A stretch of 63,489 nucleotides of DNA, the filler included, from Licmophora abbreviata (taxonomy: Eukaryota), in assembly GCA_900291995.1 (NCBI GenBank). It is 12 parts of 12 records of this genome, joined end to end, with 100 filler letters (N's around TTAATTAATTAA, not from the genome) between each part and the next. Parts side by side here need not be neighbours in the genome. Positions count along the whole stretch, not along the records: positions 28,291 to 31,500 come from OLMU01000529.1; positions 31,601 to 45,690 come from OLMU01000530.1; 10 more parts are not named here. The stretch is one strand, 5' to 3'. Of this stretch, positions 30,092-41,101 are shown piece by piece. Below the pieces are notes generated by a model. The model searched no databases, was not told the origin of the DNA, and worked only from the letters and a program-made list of their open reading frames with translations. The position numbers were made by a program, and so were the translations under genes. Numbering within the stretch: position 1 is the stretch's first letter; each line of letters opens with the position of its first letter.

Positions 30092-32683
30092 CTATTTCAA
30101 TGTTCGACTTTCCTGTTCGTACTTCACGACATCTCCAATGCTTCCGCTGCAATCTTTACGAAGGTCCGTTACGGTCTCAGCCCAGAACTTTTCGGCACCG
30201 ATATACCACAAGTAGTTGCTTACGATCTCTTCCCCGCTACGAATATCTCGCAGTGCAATAGACCCGCCATTTGTTGTAAACGGTAGGTGCCGATCGGTGA
30301 ACGGGTCGAACAGCCGTTCGTTCTCGAAGACTGCTTCCGGGGGACTGTCAACGACGGCAGTAAATTCGGTCACTTCCGTATGGCGTCCAGAGTTGTAAGT
30401 ACCATTGCACCCGTGATTGACAAAAGTCTGTAGGCCGCTATCAACAGTCGTTCCCGCGTCGCCCTTGTGTTGAGGAGAGCGAGACCATAAAAACGCACAT
30501 GAGCACTAGCGATGAGCTTGACACATTCTTCGTCGATAACTACCAAATGGCAACTTACGTAGGCGACATTCCACATCCCGTAGCTCACTGAGTGCATGAT
30601 CAAGGGCTCAAGTTCCCATGACGCATCCTCTACACTTTCATACATACTTAAGATGACTTTCAACGTCAAAGGCGGGTATGTCACAGGCTGACAAGCGACG
30701 TCTGCGTTTAAGTACGCCCCTTTCGGAATGTCAATCGTCGCGAACAAGCCTCTGCCAACGTATTCGCCTACCTGACTTCTTTTCACTTCAAAGGCAGAAT
30801 TTGTGAGAACCAGCTGTTCTAAATCAAGACTCGTGTATGCTGACGTGCATGAATGCGGGACCGGACTCTGTCTGCAAAAAACGAGTTCGTAAGACTTTGG
30901 TGGCACCTGCAAGGACACCATTGTAGGACCATCGAAGTATCTGAATGGAATCTCTCGAGAATGCGTCTTTATTCCTCTCTTCGCGATAGCCAACTGTACT
31001 TCCGCCTCATTTGCGTACCACCTGGTCCTGGTTGCGTATTCTCTGAAAGCGACCGCGTAGCTGAAGGAGCCAGAGAAGCTACCGCGCGCCTGAGAACAGT
31101 CAATAAGTGTTGTGTGAGAGTGTCAGATAGAGAACATCCCCCTCGACATAAACGAGGACGCACTTACACCTTCGTACACATGAACACTCTCAAAGCCGAT
31201 GTCCTCCAGGAGCTGAGTCAATAAGTCACTATATCGGAATTTCAACAAGGCCTCTGAGGGACTGTCGTGTCTTGGTGCCTCTCCGAGCGGTATGACAAGA
31301 ATACCATCATCCGAGAGCCCGTTGAACAATGCTTTCACGAAGACAAAATCCAAGTCGTCACTTCGATGTCCGGCAAATGATGTATCCATCCTAATGTCTC
31401 TGCGAGAGAACATGTGTAATAGGCACGAGCACAGTGGACGTGAGCAAACAGCAACGAGTCACTAATGAAAGCTTTTGGCCCTTGGTGCGCTGCATCGTCG
31501 NNNNNNNNNNNNNNNNNNNNNNNNNNNNNNNNNNNNNNNNNNNNTTAATTAATTAANNNNNNNNNNNNNNNNNNNNNNNNNNNNNNNNNNNNNNNNNNNN
31601 TGGTTGAGCCTGAAGTCGATAGCGTCAAAGACGTCGATACGTCGGAATTCAGTTTTGACCGATATGACCTTTACAAGCAGAAATCTGCACATGAGGCAAG
31701 AACCCCTAAGAACAAGCAAGTTTCACGTCAGCGCTTGTCCTTACCTCCTTCGTTGTCTGTAAATTCATGTCGCCTAAAAGGTGATCTAGATCGTTAGTCT
31801 TTATCGGATCGATCCCCTTAGGTCGAAAACCTCTGAGCTTACGTGACCACTTCAAGTGAGTTGAGTCTGAAGCATTGTCGAGGTGCTTCCGTCGCGGAAT
31901 CCCGAATAGTCGTTTCATGATCGGAATGACTGGAAGAAGCGTAGTCGGCCCACACGTAAACACATCCAAAGCAATAGTGCCCTCGATTGGCCAAGTTTGA
32001 AACGATATGTGACTCCCCAATGAGATGCCCACGCAGCTCACTCCCACCGGATTCATCTTGTGACAGTGATACGACAACAATGTCAACGAAGCATCCTCGA
32101 CCAATTGCACCATCGCATTCGCAAGCCTCTCCTCCGAATTCAAGAAAGCGCCATTGACGTTATTAATGTCCACCATGAAGTGTTTCCCTGTTGGGAATTG
32201 CTCCTCGTTCTCATGTAGAGCCTCCTCTGCCAGGTTGGCATCGCTGCCTCTCCAACACTGACTCGTTCCGTCCTCCGCCTCCTCGGCGCATGATCGGTCT
32301 TCAGAACGAGACTCTTCCCGTTCTTCCAATCCCCGAATAAGAAGCGAGCTACTGGTCTTGCTACGGGATGTATCGAACTTCTTTGTCGTATAGATAGTCT
32401 TTGGTATATCTTTCCCTTTCATTGATATCAGGGGCGGTAGCGAGGCATCAGTTCTAGTATGCCCCTCGTGGTAGTCCGGATGATTTCGGAAGGACGCCTG
32501 ATTGTGCGGTGCAAACAGAGCTCGGCGTGCCTCCAGAAGAAAGATGCGGGCGACGCGGCCAACGGAAAACGCCAAAAGCATAGAAGCAAGGAGACTGAGG
32601 ACAATGAACTTGGCCGTAATCATGACGATGAAGGGTGTCTTGTGAGAAGCCGCAGGCGGGCGTACGGGGCCATCATGTGACAT
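30092..32683 (-). CDS. AdoMetDC-aminopropyltransferase-SET fusion (long-chain polyamine synthase candidate), copy A, multi-exon, interrupted by a gap
   Basis: Paralogous N-terminus; GVSCVGISLGSHISFQTWP; VKTEFRRIDVFD; APT end LFNGLSDDGILVIPLG and RWYANEAEV; SET motifs GRGLFATIDIPKG, FVNHGCNG, ALRDIRSGEEIVSNY. Confidence 0.85.
31501..31600. other. Artificial gap linker inside copy A
   Basis: N-run, TTAATTAATTAA, N-run; the same gene continues on both sides. Confidence 0.97.
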
Positions 32684-33114
32684 GCTCCTTTTTCCATTCA
32701 ACAATCCTTGTTAGGGATGAAATCTTGGTATCTTTTAGACTGAAGGTTCAGTACAAATGAAATGTGACCTGCTTTGGGAAGAACGAGCCGTATTGAACTA
32801 GCCGCAGGTGTTCCTCGCGCTGTCCCTCATCGTTCATCGTCGCCGCGGTCGCCGGTGCTCTCGGCTCTCGGCGCTTTCCCATCAACTATGAGTCGAGCCA
32901 GTCGGAAAAGCATCATTGAAACGTGAACTCAGCTGTGTTAAATAAGTACAAAACGTGATGATATTCCTCAGACTTGATCGAGTCACAAATTTCCCGGGCG
33001 AGGCAACAATTCGCAACAATGTCTCGTGATGACCCCATTTGCATGTCTCCTCTTGCATTGAGACACACGATTGATGACTGTCCGAGCATAGTGGTTACTC
33101 ATTCATTTTAAGCC

Positions 33115-36045
33115 ATGAAATCATTCCTGTCGATCCATGTTTTGTTCTTGCTGTTGGTTCGAAGGGGGCGATGTTCGCTGGATAAACTGCGGGCGAATCA
33201 TCGCTATTGGAACACGAATCCGACCGATGACTGGCGACAGCGTCTTTTTCAAATAGAGGAGCATAGCTATCGTATTCCGTTTTCACTGGATGAAGCTTCG
33301 GAAATATCCGTCTCAGCTCGTCAGATATGGAATTCGAACAACAATGTCACATATCCATGGCTTGAAGAGGACGGTTGTATTCAACATCCCGAATCAAGGG
33401 CCATCATAGTGGAGCTCTATTCGGAGCTGGCCTTCGCCATGACCAGAGTTTTCGTAGACGATCGCCTCACCCCTGACCTTTTGGCTCAGATTGTTGTGCA
33501 TAACGACACAAGGCAAAGAGAATTCCTTACTTGTGTATCAATGCTCGCCTTCTCGTCAGTCGTCGAGAGTGCGGTCGACTATGTCAATGAGACGACACGC
33601 GAGGCTCTTGCTGATGCACGCCAGGTTTACCTCAGCAAGTACCCGGAGAGTCCGACAGATTTACCCGTAGCATCCCCCGCTCCCTCTTCTTCAGCTACGA
33701 CACCATTGTTAGCTCGCGGAATTTGGGACGACAACGATAGCGATGAATACGCTTGGCTCGACGACGAACCATGCATTGAACACCCGGAGCTCAGATCACC
33801 AGACGGAACACAGAGCTACAACGCGCTGGCAACCTCGATGGTGAATGTGTTCAATGATGATCGTCTGACCCCCGAGCTTGTCAATGATATGCTCATCAAT
33901 AACATGAAGTTTGATCCCATGTCGGACTGCGGAACAATATTAGCGTTTTCAACTACACTCGAAGCTTCCGCGACTCTTGTTGAAGCGGCCAATAGAGAAG
34001 CGCTCACTTTGGCACGAGAGTCGTTCATAGCTCGGAACCCGACTGAAGGTTTCGCGCGTGATTTCTGGAACGACATCGGATCCAGCTACAGGTGGCTGGA
34101 TGGAGAAGTTTGCATTGAACATCCATCTCTGCGCTCGTTCGGATACTCGTCAGTATTCTACTCAAACCTTGCTGTGGCAATGACAAAAGCCTTCAATGAT
34201 AGTCGTTTGACAACCGAACTTATCCTGCTGATACGGATCAACGATAAAGCCAACAGACCGATGTCGTCTGACTGTGGGACAATAATGGACTTTTCATCTA
34301 CCATTGAAAACTTCGTGGACGATACGACCATGCAAGAGTTAATAGATGCCCGGAATGGCTTCATAGGGCGCAGTGGGGAAGAAAGGACCTCAGAGGGCTA
34401 CGGTCGGGTAATATGGGCAGACAATGAGCAAGGCAGCTATTCTTGGTCCAACAACGATCCTTGTATTGAGCACCCGACGTTTCAAGCATTCGGAACTTTG
34501 GCTCAATTTTATACTGCCCTCGCAAAGGCAATGGCAAGCACTTTTCGAGACTCTCGCCTTACCCCCGAGGTTGCATCATCGCTTCTGATAAACGACAAGG
34601 CAAATAGACCAATGTCCGAGTGCGGGACGCTCCTCGACTTCTCGCCTGTGGTGGAAGTTTCGACTGGGCTCGTTGACGACGAAATCCGTCTTGACTTGTT
34701 TCAGGCTCGTATGCAGTACATGTCTAAGTATCCCGACGAAGCGTTTGCTCGTCTCTTCTGGCAGGATGTGAGCAATGGATATACATGGGTTGACGACCAA
34801 GAGTGTATTGAGCATCCTAGCTTGCAGTCGTTTGGCACTCTGTCCGAGTTTTTCACTTCTCTTGCTACCGCAATGACAAACGCATTCGGTGACCCAAGGC
34901 TATCGCCACAACTCGAGGCCTTGGTCAAAATCAACGGCAATGCGAGCAGTCCAATGTCAGGTTGCGGGAGCATTCTGGAGTTCTCCCCTATCGTAGAGCA
35001 GGAAGAAGAATACATCGACGGACAGATCCTGCAGTCACTCGCCGATGCCAGAACGGGATATGAGGAACGAGTATCTTCCAGTGGGAATCCTATGTCGGCG
35101 TCCCCTACTCAATCTGTTGTGCCTAGCGTGGCACCAAGTCTTTCCGGAGAGCCTTCCATCGGTCCGCCTACGGTTTCTAGTACGGGGTCACCAACTAGCT
35201 CGATCTGGCCGAGTCTTTCTCCGTCGCAAGTGACGGACATTTCCGTCAACACCACCCCATCGTCTCCAGCAACTGAGAACCCTACTCAGCTGTCTGCATC
35301 AAGTCTTGCGCCGTCTACTTCCAGTGTACCATCGGCATCACCATCATTCTTGACAGACGCAACTGCCCCGAGAGCTCCAGAACCGACAACGATCGTATCC
35401 TCTTCGCCTTCCCTCATCGTCAGTCCGGTTCAACCGACGGCTCCATCCCTCCCCCCGGTGGCAGTAGCATTTCCCGTGTCAGCACCAGTTGCAAGTCCCG
35501 TTGGGCCCCGCCTCAATCCCGTGACTCCACCTCCCTTTACACCGGTCGCGGCACCTGTTGCTTCAGCTCCGGTCGCAGACCCCACTGTTCCCAATACAAC
35601 GAATCGGCCATCCGGAGAAATCATAACTCTTCCTCCGAGCGTCAGCACTTTTGGTCCTTCTGCTAGACCAAGCTCAAGGACAACCGAAAGTCCATCAACC
35701 GAGCCGACAACTTCACCGCTAGTAGTACCTAATACGGCCCCGTCTTCACCAATCGCCACTCCGACATCCCCGGTCGCTCCTTCATCTCCCGCATTCTCGC
35801 CCACACTTCCCCCACTGACGCGTGTGCCATCTGGACAACCTACTACCCCGGCTCCTAGCGTCGACGATTCATCAGGTCCATTTGTGGGACCAACGCCTAC
35901 GCCGGTGTCTCGCGTTGCACCCTCGTCGCCATTGGCGCCCGCTAGACCAGTTTCTCCTATCGCGCCCCTATCACGTGGTGATCAACCAGACGCGCCTGTG
36001 ACGGGCCTTCCAATGGATGACGAGAGAGTGGAAACAAGGGAATAA
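33115..36045 (+). CDS. Secreted protein with five ~110-aa two-cysteine repeats and a Pro/Ser/Thr-rich mucin-like tail
   Basis: 976-aa ORF with hydrophobic N-terminus; 5 repeats of ARxxW..Y.W...CI(E/Q)HP...DxRL(T/S)P...CG; PST-rich from about 35075. Confidence 0.85.
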   Translation: MKSFLSIHVLFLLLVRRGRCSLDKLRANHRYWNTNPTDDWRQRLFQIEEHSYRIPFSLDEASEISVSARQIWNSNNNVTYPWLEEDGCIQHPESRAIIVELYSELAFAMTRVFVDDRLTPDLLAQIVVHNDTRQREFLTCVSMLAFSSVVESAVDYVNETTREALADARQVYLSKYPESPTDLPVASPAPSSSATTPLLARGIWDDNDSDEYAWLDDEPCIEHPELRSPDGTQSYNALATSMVNVFNDDRLTPELVNDMLINNMKFDPMSDCGTILAFSTTLEASATLVEAANREALTLARESFIARNPTEGFARDFWNDIGSSYRWLDGEVCIEHPSLRSFGYSSVFYSNLAVAMTKAFNDSRLTTELILLIRINDKANRPMSSDCGTIMDFSSTIENFVDDTTMQELIDARNGFIGRSGEERTSEGYGRVIWADNEQGSYSWSNNDPCIEHPTFQAFGTLAQFYTALAKAMASTFRDSRLTPEVASSLLINDKANRPMSECGTLLDFSPVVEVSTGLVDDEIRLDLFQARMQYMSKYPDEAFARLFWQDVSNGYTWVDDQECIEHPSLQSFGTLSEFFTSLATAMTNAFGDPRLSPQLEALVKINGNASSPMSGCGSILEFSPIVEQEEEYIDGQILQSLADARTGYEERVSSSGNPMSASPTQSVVPSVAPSLSGEPSIGPPTVSSTGSPTSSIWPSLSPSQVTDISVNTTPSSPATENPTQLSASSLAPSTSSVPSASPSFLTDATAPRAPEPTTIVSSSPSLIVSPVQPTAPSLPPVAVAFPVSAPVASPVGPRLNPVTPPPFTPVAAPVASAPVADPTVPNTTNRPSGEIITLPPSVSTFGPSARPSSRTTESPSTEPTTSPLVVPNTAPSSPIATPTSPVAPSSPAFSPTLPPLTRVPSGQPTTPAPSVDDSSGPFVGPTPTPVSRVAPSSPLAPARPVSPIAPLSRGDQPDAPVTGLPMDDERVETRE

Positions 36046-36305
36046 TAGAGTTTATAGACAAAATTGACAACGTGCCGTATTGCCAGCCGCTCAAATCGTC
36101 ATCGAGGTATGGAGGGGAAAGACGTTTGAATGTTTGCGCGCGCGCGCTTCACGAAAGAGGGCGTCTTGACGTCGTGACGCTCGTCGTCGTCTGATGCATC
36201 ATTACTCTTTTGAGACGAGAGACGACATGGGAGAGATATACCGGTAGGCATTTCATTTGCGATCCGCTCGTATCAGCACTGACAATCCATCGAACGCAGG
36301 TCGAT

Positions 36306-38780
36306 ATGTCCGTCGACGGCGCTCGTCCCTACTCCTCGATCGGAATGAAAGATGTATTTCTCGACCCACCACCGTCCAGAACTCTTCCGACGGCGTACCT
36401 GGCTGACAAACAAAACTTGTCTGGATGTGACTCTTTCCTAACTTGGGAAATCTCTGGTACAATCAAAAGCTGTCCAGAGGATTTCGTCGTTCGCGAAATC
36501 GCAAGTCGTTCCAGGACAAGAAAATTCCCTACGGGCGTATTGGACGTGGTAGCCGATTTGAAGGATGACGACATGACGAGGCAATCAATACGAAAAGACG
36601 AGTATCCTGTGAAGGAAGAGACTGTGATATCAGAAGAGTTGTCAAAGACAAGAAACGTTTCTTCTGCTGGGTGCAAGCAGGAGATACTGGAGGTTAAAGG
36701 CGGGCTAGGGTCGCAAAGGTCCAAGGATGCTGGTTCGTATCTTGAGCCGTCAGACGTCATCAACAGAATACTTGTGTCGCTTGAGCGAGATGGGAGACTG
36801 GAGAATGCTGAAACAACTCTGCATCGCATACAGTCGTTAAATGAGCAGATTTTGCGAGGTATAGAAGCCGCTTCTAAAGAGCATGTGTTTGAGGCCGGAT
36901 CATACGAACTTGTGTGGGTACCAGCTGTATCGACCGACAGTGTCGTCATTCAGGATGCAGATAGATCCAAAGGCGGAGATCGTGGAGTTTTCCACCGCTG
37001 CATTCAGAAGCTCTATCCTCTTTTGAAAACGGAGACGAAGCGGAAAGAGGAAAGTGCTGGTAGTCCCACTGGAGGGGCTGAGGAAGTTTGGATTCGAATC
37101 TCCGTCGACGATGCATTCTTTGGTCTCGTACCCGGCCTTTTTTCTCCACTCGAAGATCTAATTGCACTCTATCAATTTCGCAATCGTGGCTGCGTGGCGC
37201 CGTCTGATGTAGCGGGCGTGGGACGGGGTAGAAAAGGAAGGAAACGAGGACGGACCAGTGATCGGGCAATCCCTGTTGCTACCCTGTGCGACGAGAGCCA
37301 AGTTCTCCTCCGGCTGCGGCCCGACTTATCTCGCGACGAACGGCGCCCGCTTCATCACCTGATCTCCAAACAGTGGAAGCAGTTTGCGACTAGCACGGTT
37401 GACCTCTTGCCAGAATCGGAAGGGGCTGTCACTTGTGTCGGCTCAGACGCGAGCTCTGGAGCGACGACGGCGATTGCCGTACAGTGGTCTCATCATGCTC
37501 GGAAGGCCATTCGGAGCAAAAACGAGAGACGTCACTCTCTGGATGAGAGTACCAACACACTTTGTGTTTTGAAGAAGATTCAAAAAGAGCACCTCAATGC
37601 ACTTCAACTCTTAAAAGTAGCCCTCCGGTGTCGTCAATCTGATATTGGAGTTGCGGGGATCAAAGATATGCATGCGGTGACGTATCAGTTCTGCACCATT
37701 AGAGGAATGCCTCCAGAACAGGTCGCGGTGAAGACACGAGCGCATCTTCAACGATCTGGCTTGGAATTAGGATCTTTCAGCGGGGTTGACTGGACTCTGT
37801 CTCATGGAGACCTTTCCGGAAATCGTTTTGAGGTAGTGCTTCGTGATTTGAAGCGGATACATGTGAAAAGAATGAAGGATGATACCTTGAGAGAAGAAAT
37901 TGTGCCCTGCGATTCGAACCATTTTCATAGGATGACTGACAGGCTTCGAAGGTGCGGATTCGTGAACTTCTACGGCGAGCAGAGGCTCGGAGCTCCTGGA
38001 ACCACGGAAGAAGCTGGCTATCGTCCGTTTGACATTGGACGAGCTATGATCCAAAAGGACTTTGCTGGTGCTATAGATCGCCTCTTGAAAGGCCGCCGAG
38101 ACGTTGAGAGGACAGAAGTTCGTCATGCGCGCCAAGTGTGGGTCGACTCTCAAGGTGATGCCGTCGCAACGCTAAAAGCACTTCCCAAGGGAGGGGTTAT
38201 GGCTCGGGAGCGCATAGTTTTACAAGGCTTGAAGCGTTATGGCTCGTCCGATCCTCTGGCGGCTCTTCGGTGTCTTCCTTTCGCTGTGCGTACCTTCTGG
38301 ATCAACGCGTACCAGTCTCTGGTGTGGAATACGATGACATCCGAGCGCCTTCATCGTTTCGGTCTAAACGTCGTCGAAGGCGACCTGTACACCCAGGACG
38401 ACGAGGATAGCACGGTACGAGTCGTTTCTTCAGACATGGTTAGCTCAGTCAAGATGTGTCAGATCGTGCTGCCCCTGCCTGGATACAACGTGATGTACCC
38501 AACGAATGAAATCGGAAACCTTTATCGTACCTTTCTCGACGGCGACAAAGTCAGCTTCTGCCGTGATTCTCCCGTAGAAGCGACAGCAAGAGGGAGCTAT
38601 CGGAAGATCGTCGCCACTCCCACGAATTTAGAGTTGTTCATCGATGCTTCGCACTCGGAAGAAGCAGACTGCGCGACTTTGAAATTCGACCTATCGAGTG
38701 GCTCTTACGCTACTGTCCTGCTGCGGGAGTTAATGGTGACGACCATCGCACGAGGTGATAGTCAGCGTAGCGCGTTTTAA
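36306..38780 (+). CDS. PUS7: TruD/Pus7-family pseudouridine synthase
   Basis: GTIKSCPEDFVVRE, catalytic AGIKDMHAVTYQ, GNRFEVVLR, FVNFYGEQRLG, NAYQSLVWN, FDLSSGSYATVLLRELM. Confidence 0.9.
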   Translation: MSVDGARPYSSIGMKDVFLDPPPSRTLPTAYLADKQNLSGCDSFLTWEISGTIKSCPEDFVVREIASRSRTRKFPTGVLDVVADLKDDDMTRQSIRKDEYPVKEETVISEELSKTRNVSSAGCKQEILEVKGGLGSQRSKDAGSYLEPSDVINRILVSLERDGRLENAETTLHRIQSLNEQILRGIEAASKEHVFEAGSYELVWVPAVSTDSVVIQDADRSKGGDRGVFHRCIQKLYPLLKTETKRKEESAGSPTGGAEEVWIRISVDDAFFGLVPGLFSPLEDLIALYQFRNRGCVAPSDVAGVGRGRKGRKRGRTSDRAIPVATLCDESQVLLRLRPDLSRDERRPLHHLISKQWKQFATSTVDLLPESEGAVTCVGSDASSGATTAIAVQWSHHARKAIRSKNERRHSLDESTNTLCVLKKIQKEHLNALQLLKVALRCRQSDIGVAGIKDMHAVTYQFCTIRGMPPEQVAVKTRAHLQRSGLELGSFSGVDWTLSHGDLSGNRFEVVLRDLKRIHVKRMKDDTLREEIVPCDSNHFHRMTDRLRRCGFVNFYGEQRLGAPGTTEEAGYRPFDIGRAMIQKDFAGAIDRLLKGRRDVERTEVRHARQVWVDSQGDAVATLKALPKGGVMARERIVLQGLKRYGSSDPLAALRCLPFAVRTFWINAYQSLVWNTMTSERLHRFGLNVVEGDLYTQDDEDSTVRVVSSDMVSSVKMCQIVLPLPGYNVMYPTNEIGNLYRTFLDGDKVSFCRDSPVEATARGSYRKIVATPTNLELFIDASHSEEADCATLKFDLSSGSYATVLLRELMVTTIARGDSQRSAF

Positions 38781-38832
38781 TTGCAGACTGATTGGTTACG
38801 GCCACACCGATAATTTGTCATAGACAGCTCTA

Positions 38833-39990
38833 TTAGCAATTGGCAGACATTTCGACCAACATTTCTCCCATTTCCTGCATCGTTTCCTGCACTGTCCGAA
38901 GAGTTAGACCGCCCAGATCCCGTGAGAGACGTTCCTCCGCGTCTACCTCACGCTCGCCTATAGGAATGGCGCCTCCTTGAAATTCAGAATCGTAACTTAT
39001 TCTCTCAGGATGTATCGCGACTTTTCGAAGTACGTCGGCGGTGTCTTGGGAAGGAATGCGTGCTTCCTTGGACACAATGTATCGATTGCCGACGGCAGTA
39101 GATAGAGTAGCGGCCGCGACATGTGCCAAGGCTACATCTCGTACATCGACACACAATCTACTTTGCACAGGTGATTCTCCTCGTACCCATTGTCCCACAA
39201 GCTGAATGGAATATGATTGACTGCGTGTGTCCGATCCATGAACGGGTCCAAAGATGAACGACGGACAGAGCGACACCATCGGCACATTGTGTTTGTCAGC
39301 GAGTTCCCAAGCACGTCGCTCGGATTCTGCCTTGGACCACTGGTAGCTTGATCCCCAGTTTTCCCCTAGCTGACTGATTTCATTCCAGTCCTCATACGTA
39401 TACGTTGCACCGTTCTTCGGTTGTTGTCCTGTCCCTCGGACCGCCGCCATCGAAGATGTCAGAACCAATCGACATGTCTGTCCGGCGTCTCGGTGGCTCG
39501 CTATGGTCTTGACCAGATCTTCTGTTCCTCTGACGTTGTCTAGCGCAGTCTGTTGGTGATCATCCGTGGGACCAAATACCGACGCCACGTGGTAGACACA
39601 ACACTCGTCGCAAGATTCGTGGCCATAAGCTATGTCCAGAGCTTCTCGAAGTGTCTTGCCCCCGTCCAGCATGTCGTACGGCATGACGGTTACAGTGTGT
39701 TCGTGCCGACTCCAGTATTTTACCTCTTCTTTGACACGAGAATGTCGTACCAAGCAGACAATAACGGGTTCATTTGCGTCACCGTCCGACTGTTGTTGCC
39801 GTGAGAGTGATGTGGAGCGTGACGCCGACTCAAGGAGTGCATGCACGATTTCACGGCCAACATAGCCATTGGCCCCAGTTACAATGGAAATGTTCCTGCT
39901 CGCTATCGAGGAGAGAGCCCAAGCATGCTGTGAGTAGAAGGACCCAAGGGCCCAAAGACACGAGAATATCAGAGCTGCCCTCGCGTTCAT
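38833..39990 (-). CDS. NAD-dependent epimerase/dehydratase (DFR/CCR-like extended SDR) with signal peptide
   Basis: VTGANGYVG, VYHVAS, LVLTSSMAAV, YQWSKAESE, VDVRDVALAH. Confidence 0.9.
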   Translation of the reverse strand: MNARAALIFSCLWALGSFYSQHAWALSSIASRNISIVTGANGYVGREIVHALLESASRSTSLSRQQQSDGDANEPVIVCLVRHSRVKEEVKYWSRHEHTVTVMPYDMLDGGKTLREALDIAYGHESCDECCVYHVASVFGPTDDHQQTALDNVRGTEDLVKTIASHRDAGQTCRLVLTSSMAAVRGTGQQPKNGATYTYEDWNEISQLGENWGSSYQWSKAESERRAWELADKHNVPMVSLCPSFIFGPVHGSDTRSQSYSIQLVGQWVRGESPVQSRLCVDVRDVALAHVAAATLSTAVGNRYIVSKEARIPSQDTADVLRKVAIHPERISYDSEFQGGAIPIGEREVDAEERLSRDLGGLTLRTVQETMQEMGEMLVEMSANC

Positions 39991-40271
39991 GGTCGTCGTG
40001 GTCTGTTGTGATGTTTGATGGTGCGTGTGGTCGATGGTCAGGAGTCGAGCGAGTCAAAAAATGGTATGAAGCTGATGATGTCATGTCGACAAACTTAGCC
40101 AATTATCCACGACTGACACTTACTGATGTGCGACTGACACAAATGTTGAAAATATGCTCTGTCAGCTGTCCGTCGTTATTGTGGCAAAAGCAAAAACCGC
40201 ACACGACGCATCACAACGCAACGCCACAAATTCACCCTATCACCTTGTGTTGCTCGTCCTTGGCTCTACAG

Positions 40272-40966
40272 ATGATGCGTTCTTTTCTTGTAGTTGCTCT
40301 GACTGCCCTTGTGGTAGTTCAGACTGCGTCCGCCACGGAAGAACTGAATCCAACAACGCTGAAGGAGACTCTCGAATCTGGTCCGTCCACTATCGCTTGC
40401 AATGACCGTACAGATGACTGTTCGACATTTCGCTAACATGGCTTGTTCTCTCCTTTCGTGTTGGCGATCGTGTGATTGTAGGAAAGAACGGAATGATCAA
40501 ATTCTACCAGACTTGGTGTGGGCATTGCACTCGAATGAAGCCAGACTGGGACAAGCTAGCGGACGAGGCTCACCCATCCGTGTTCATCAAGGACGTGAAT
40601 TGCGGCGACCAAGCGGATCTCTGCCAAGAGAACGGCGTTCAGGGATATCCCACAATTAAAGTCTACAAGGATGGAGAGGAGGAACCTTACAACGGCGGCC
40701 GTAGCTTTGACGACATGCTCAACTTTGTCGACTCCAACCTCGCCATGAAATGCGATGTCAACGCCCCGGCCGATTGCTCGGAGAAGGCGCAGAAGTACAT
40801 CAAGAAGTGGCAAGAGAAAGGTGCCGAAGCGATTCAAGCGGAAGCGGTGCGCTTGGACAAGATGAAAGCTTCCTCCATGACTGCGGGACTCAAGCAGTGG
40901 TTGAAGGAGCGTCTCAATTTGCTCAACCAGATGGCTCCCGCCGTGGCGACGGAAGAGGAGTTGTAA
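40272..40966 (+). CDS. ER thioredoxin/PDI-like protein, 2 exons (40272-40380, 40482-40966)
   Basis: Signal peptide; KFYQTWCGHC; VQGYPTIK; YNGGRS; C-terminal EEEL. Confidence 0.9.
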
Positions 40967-41101
40967 ATGCGATGAGGAAAACGAGCAGTGGTGACTGGGA
41001 GTATAGTACCGGTATGTTGCAGTGACACGTGAAATAGAAAGTTAGCTGCAAAAGCAGTATAAATAAGTTGCAGGTGATGACGTGCTCGTGCTCCAGCTTC
41101 A

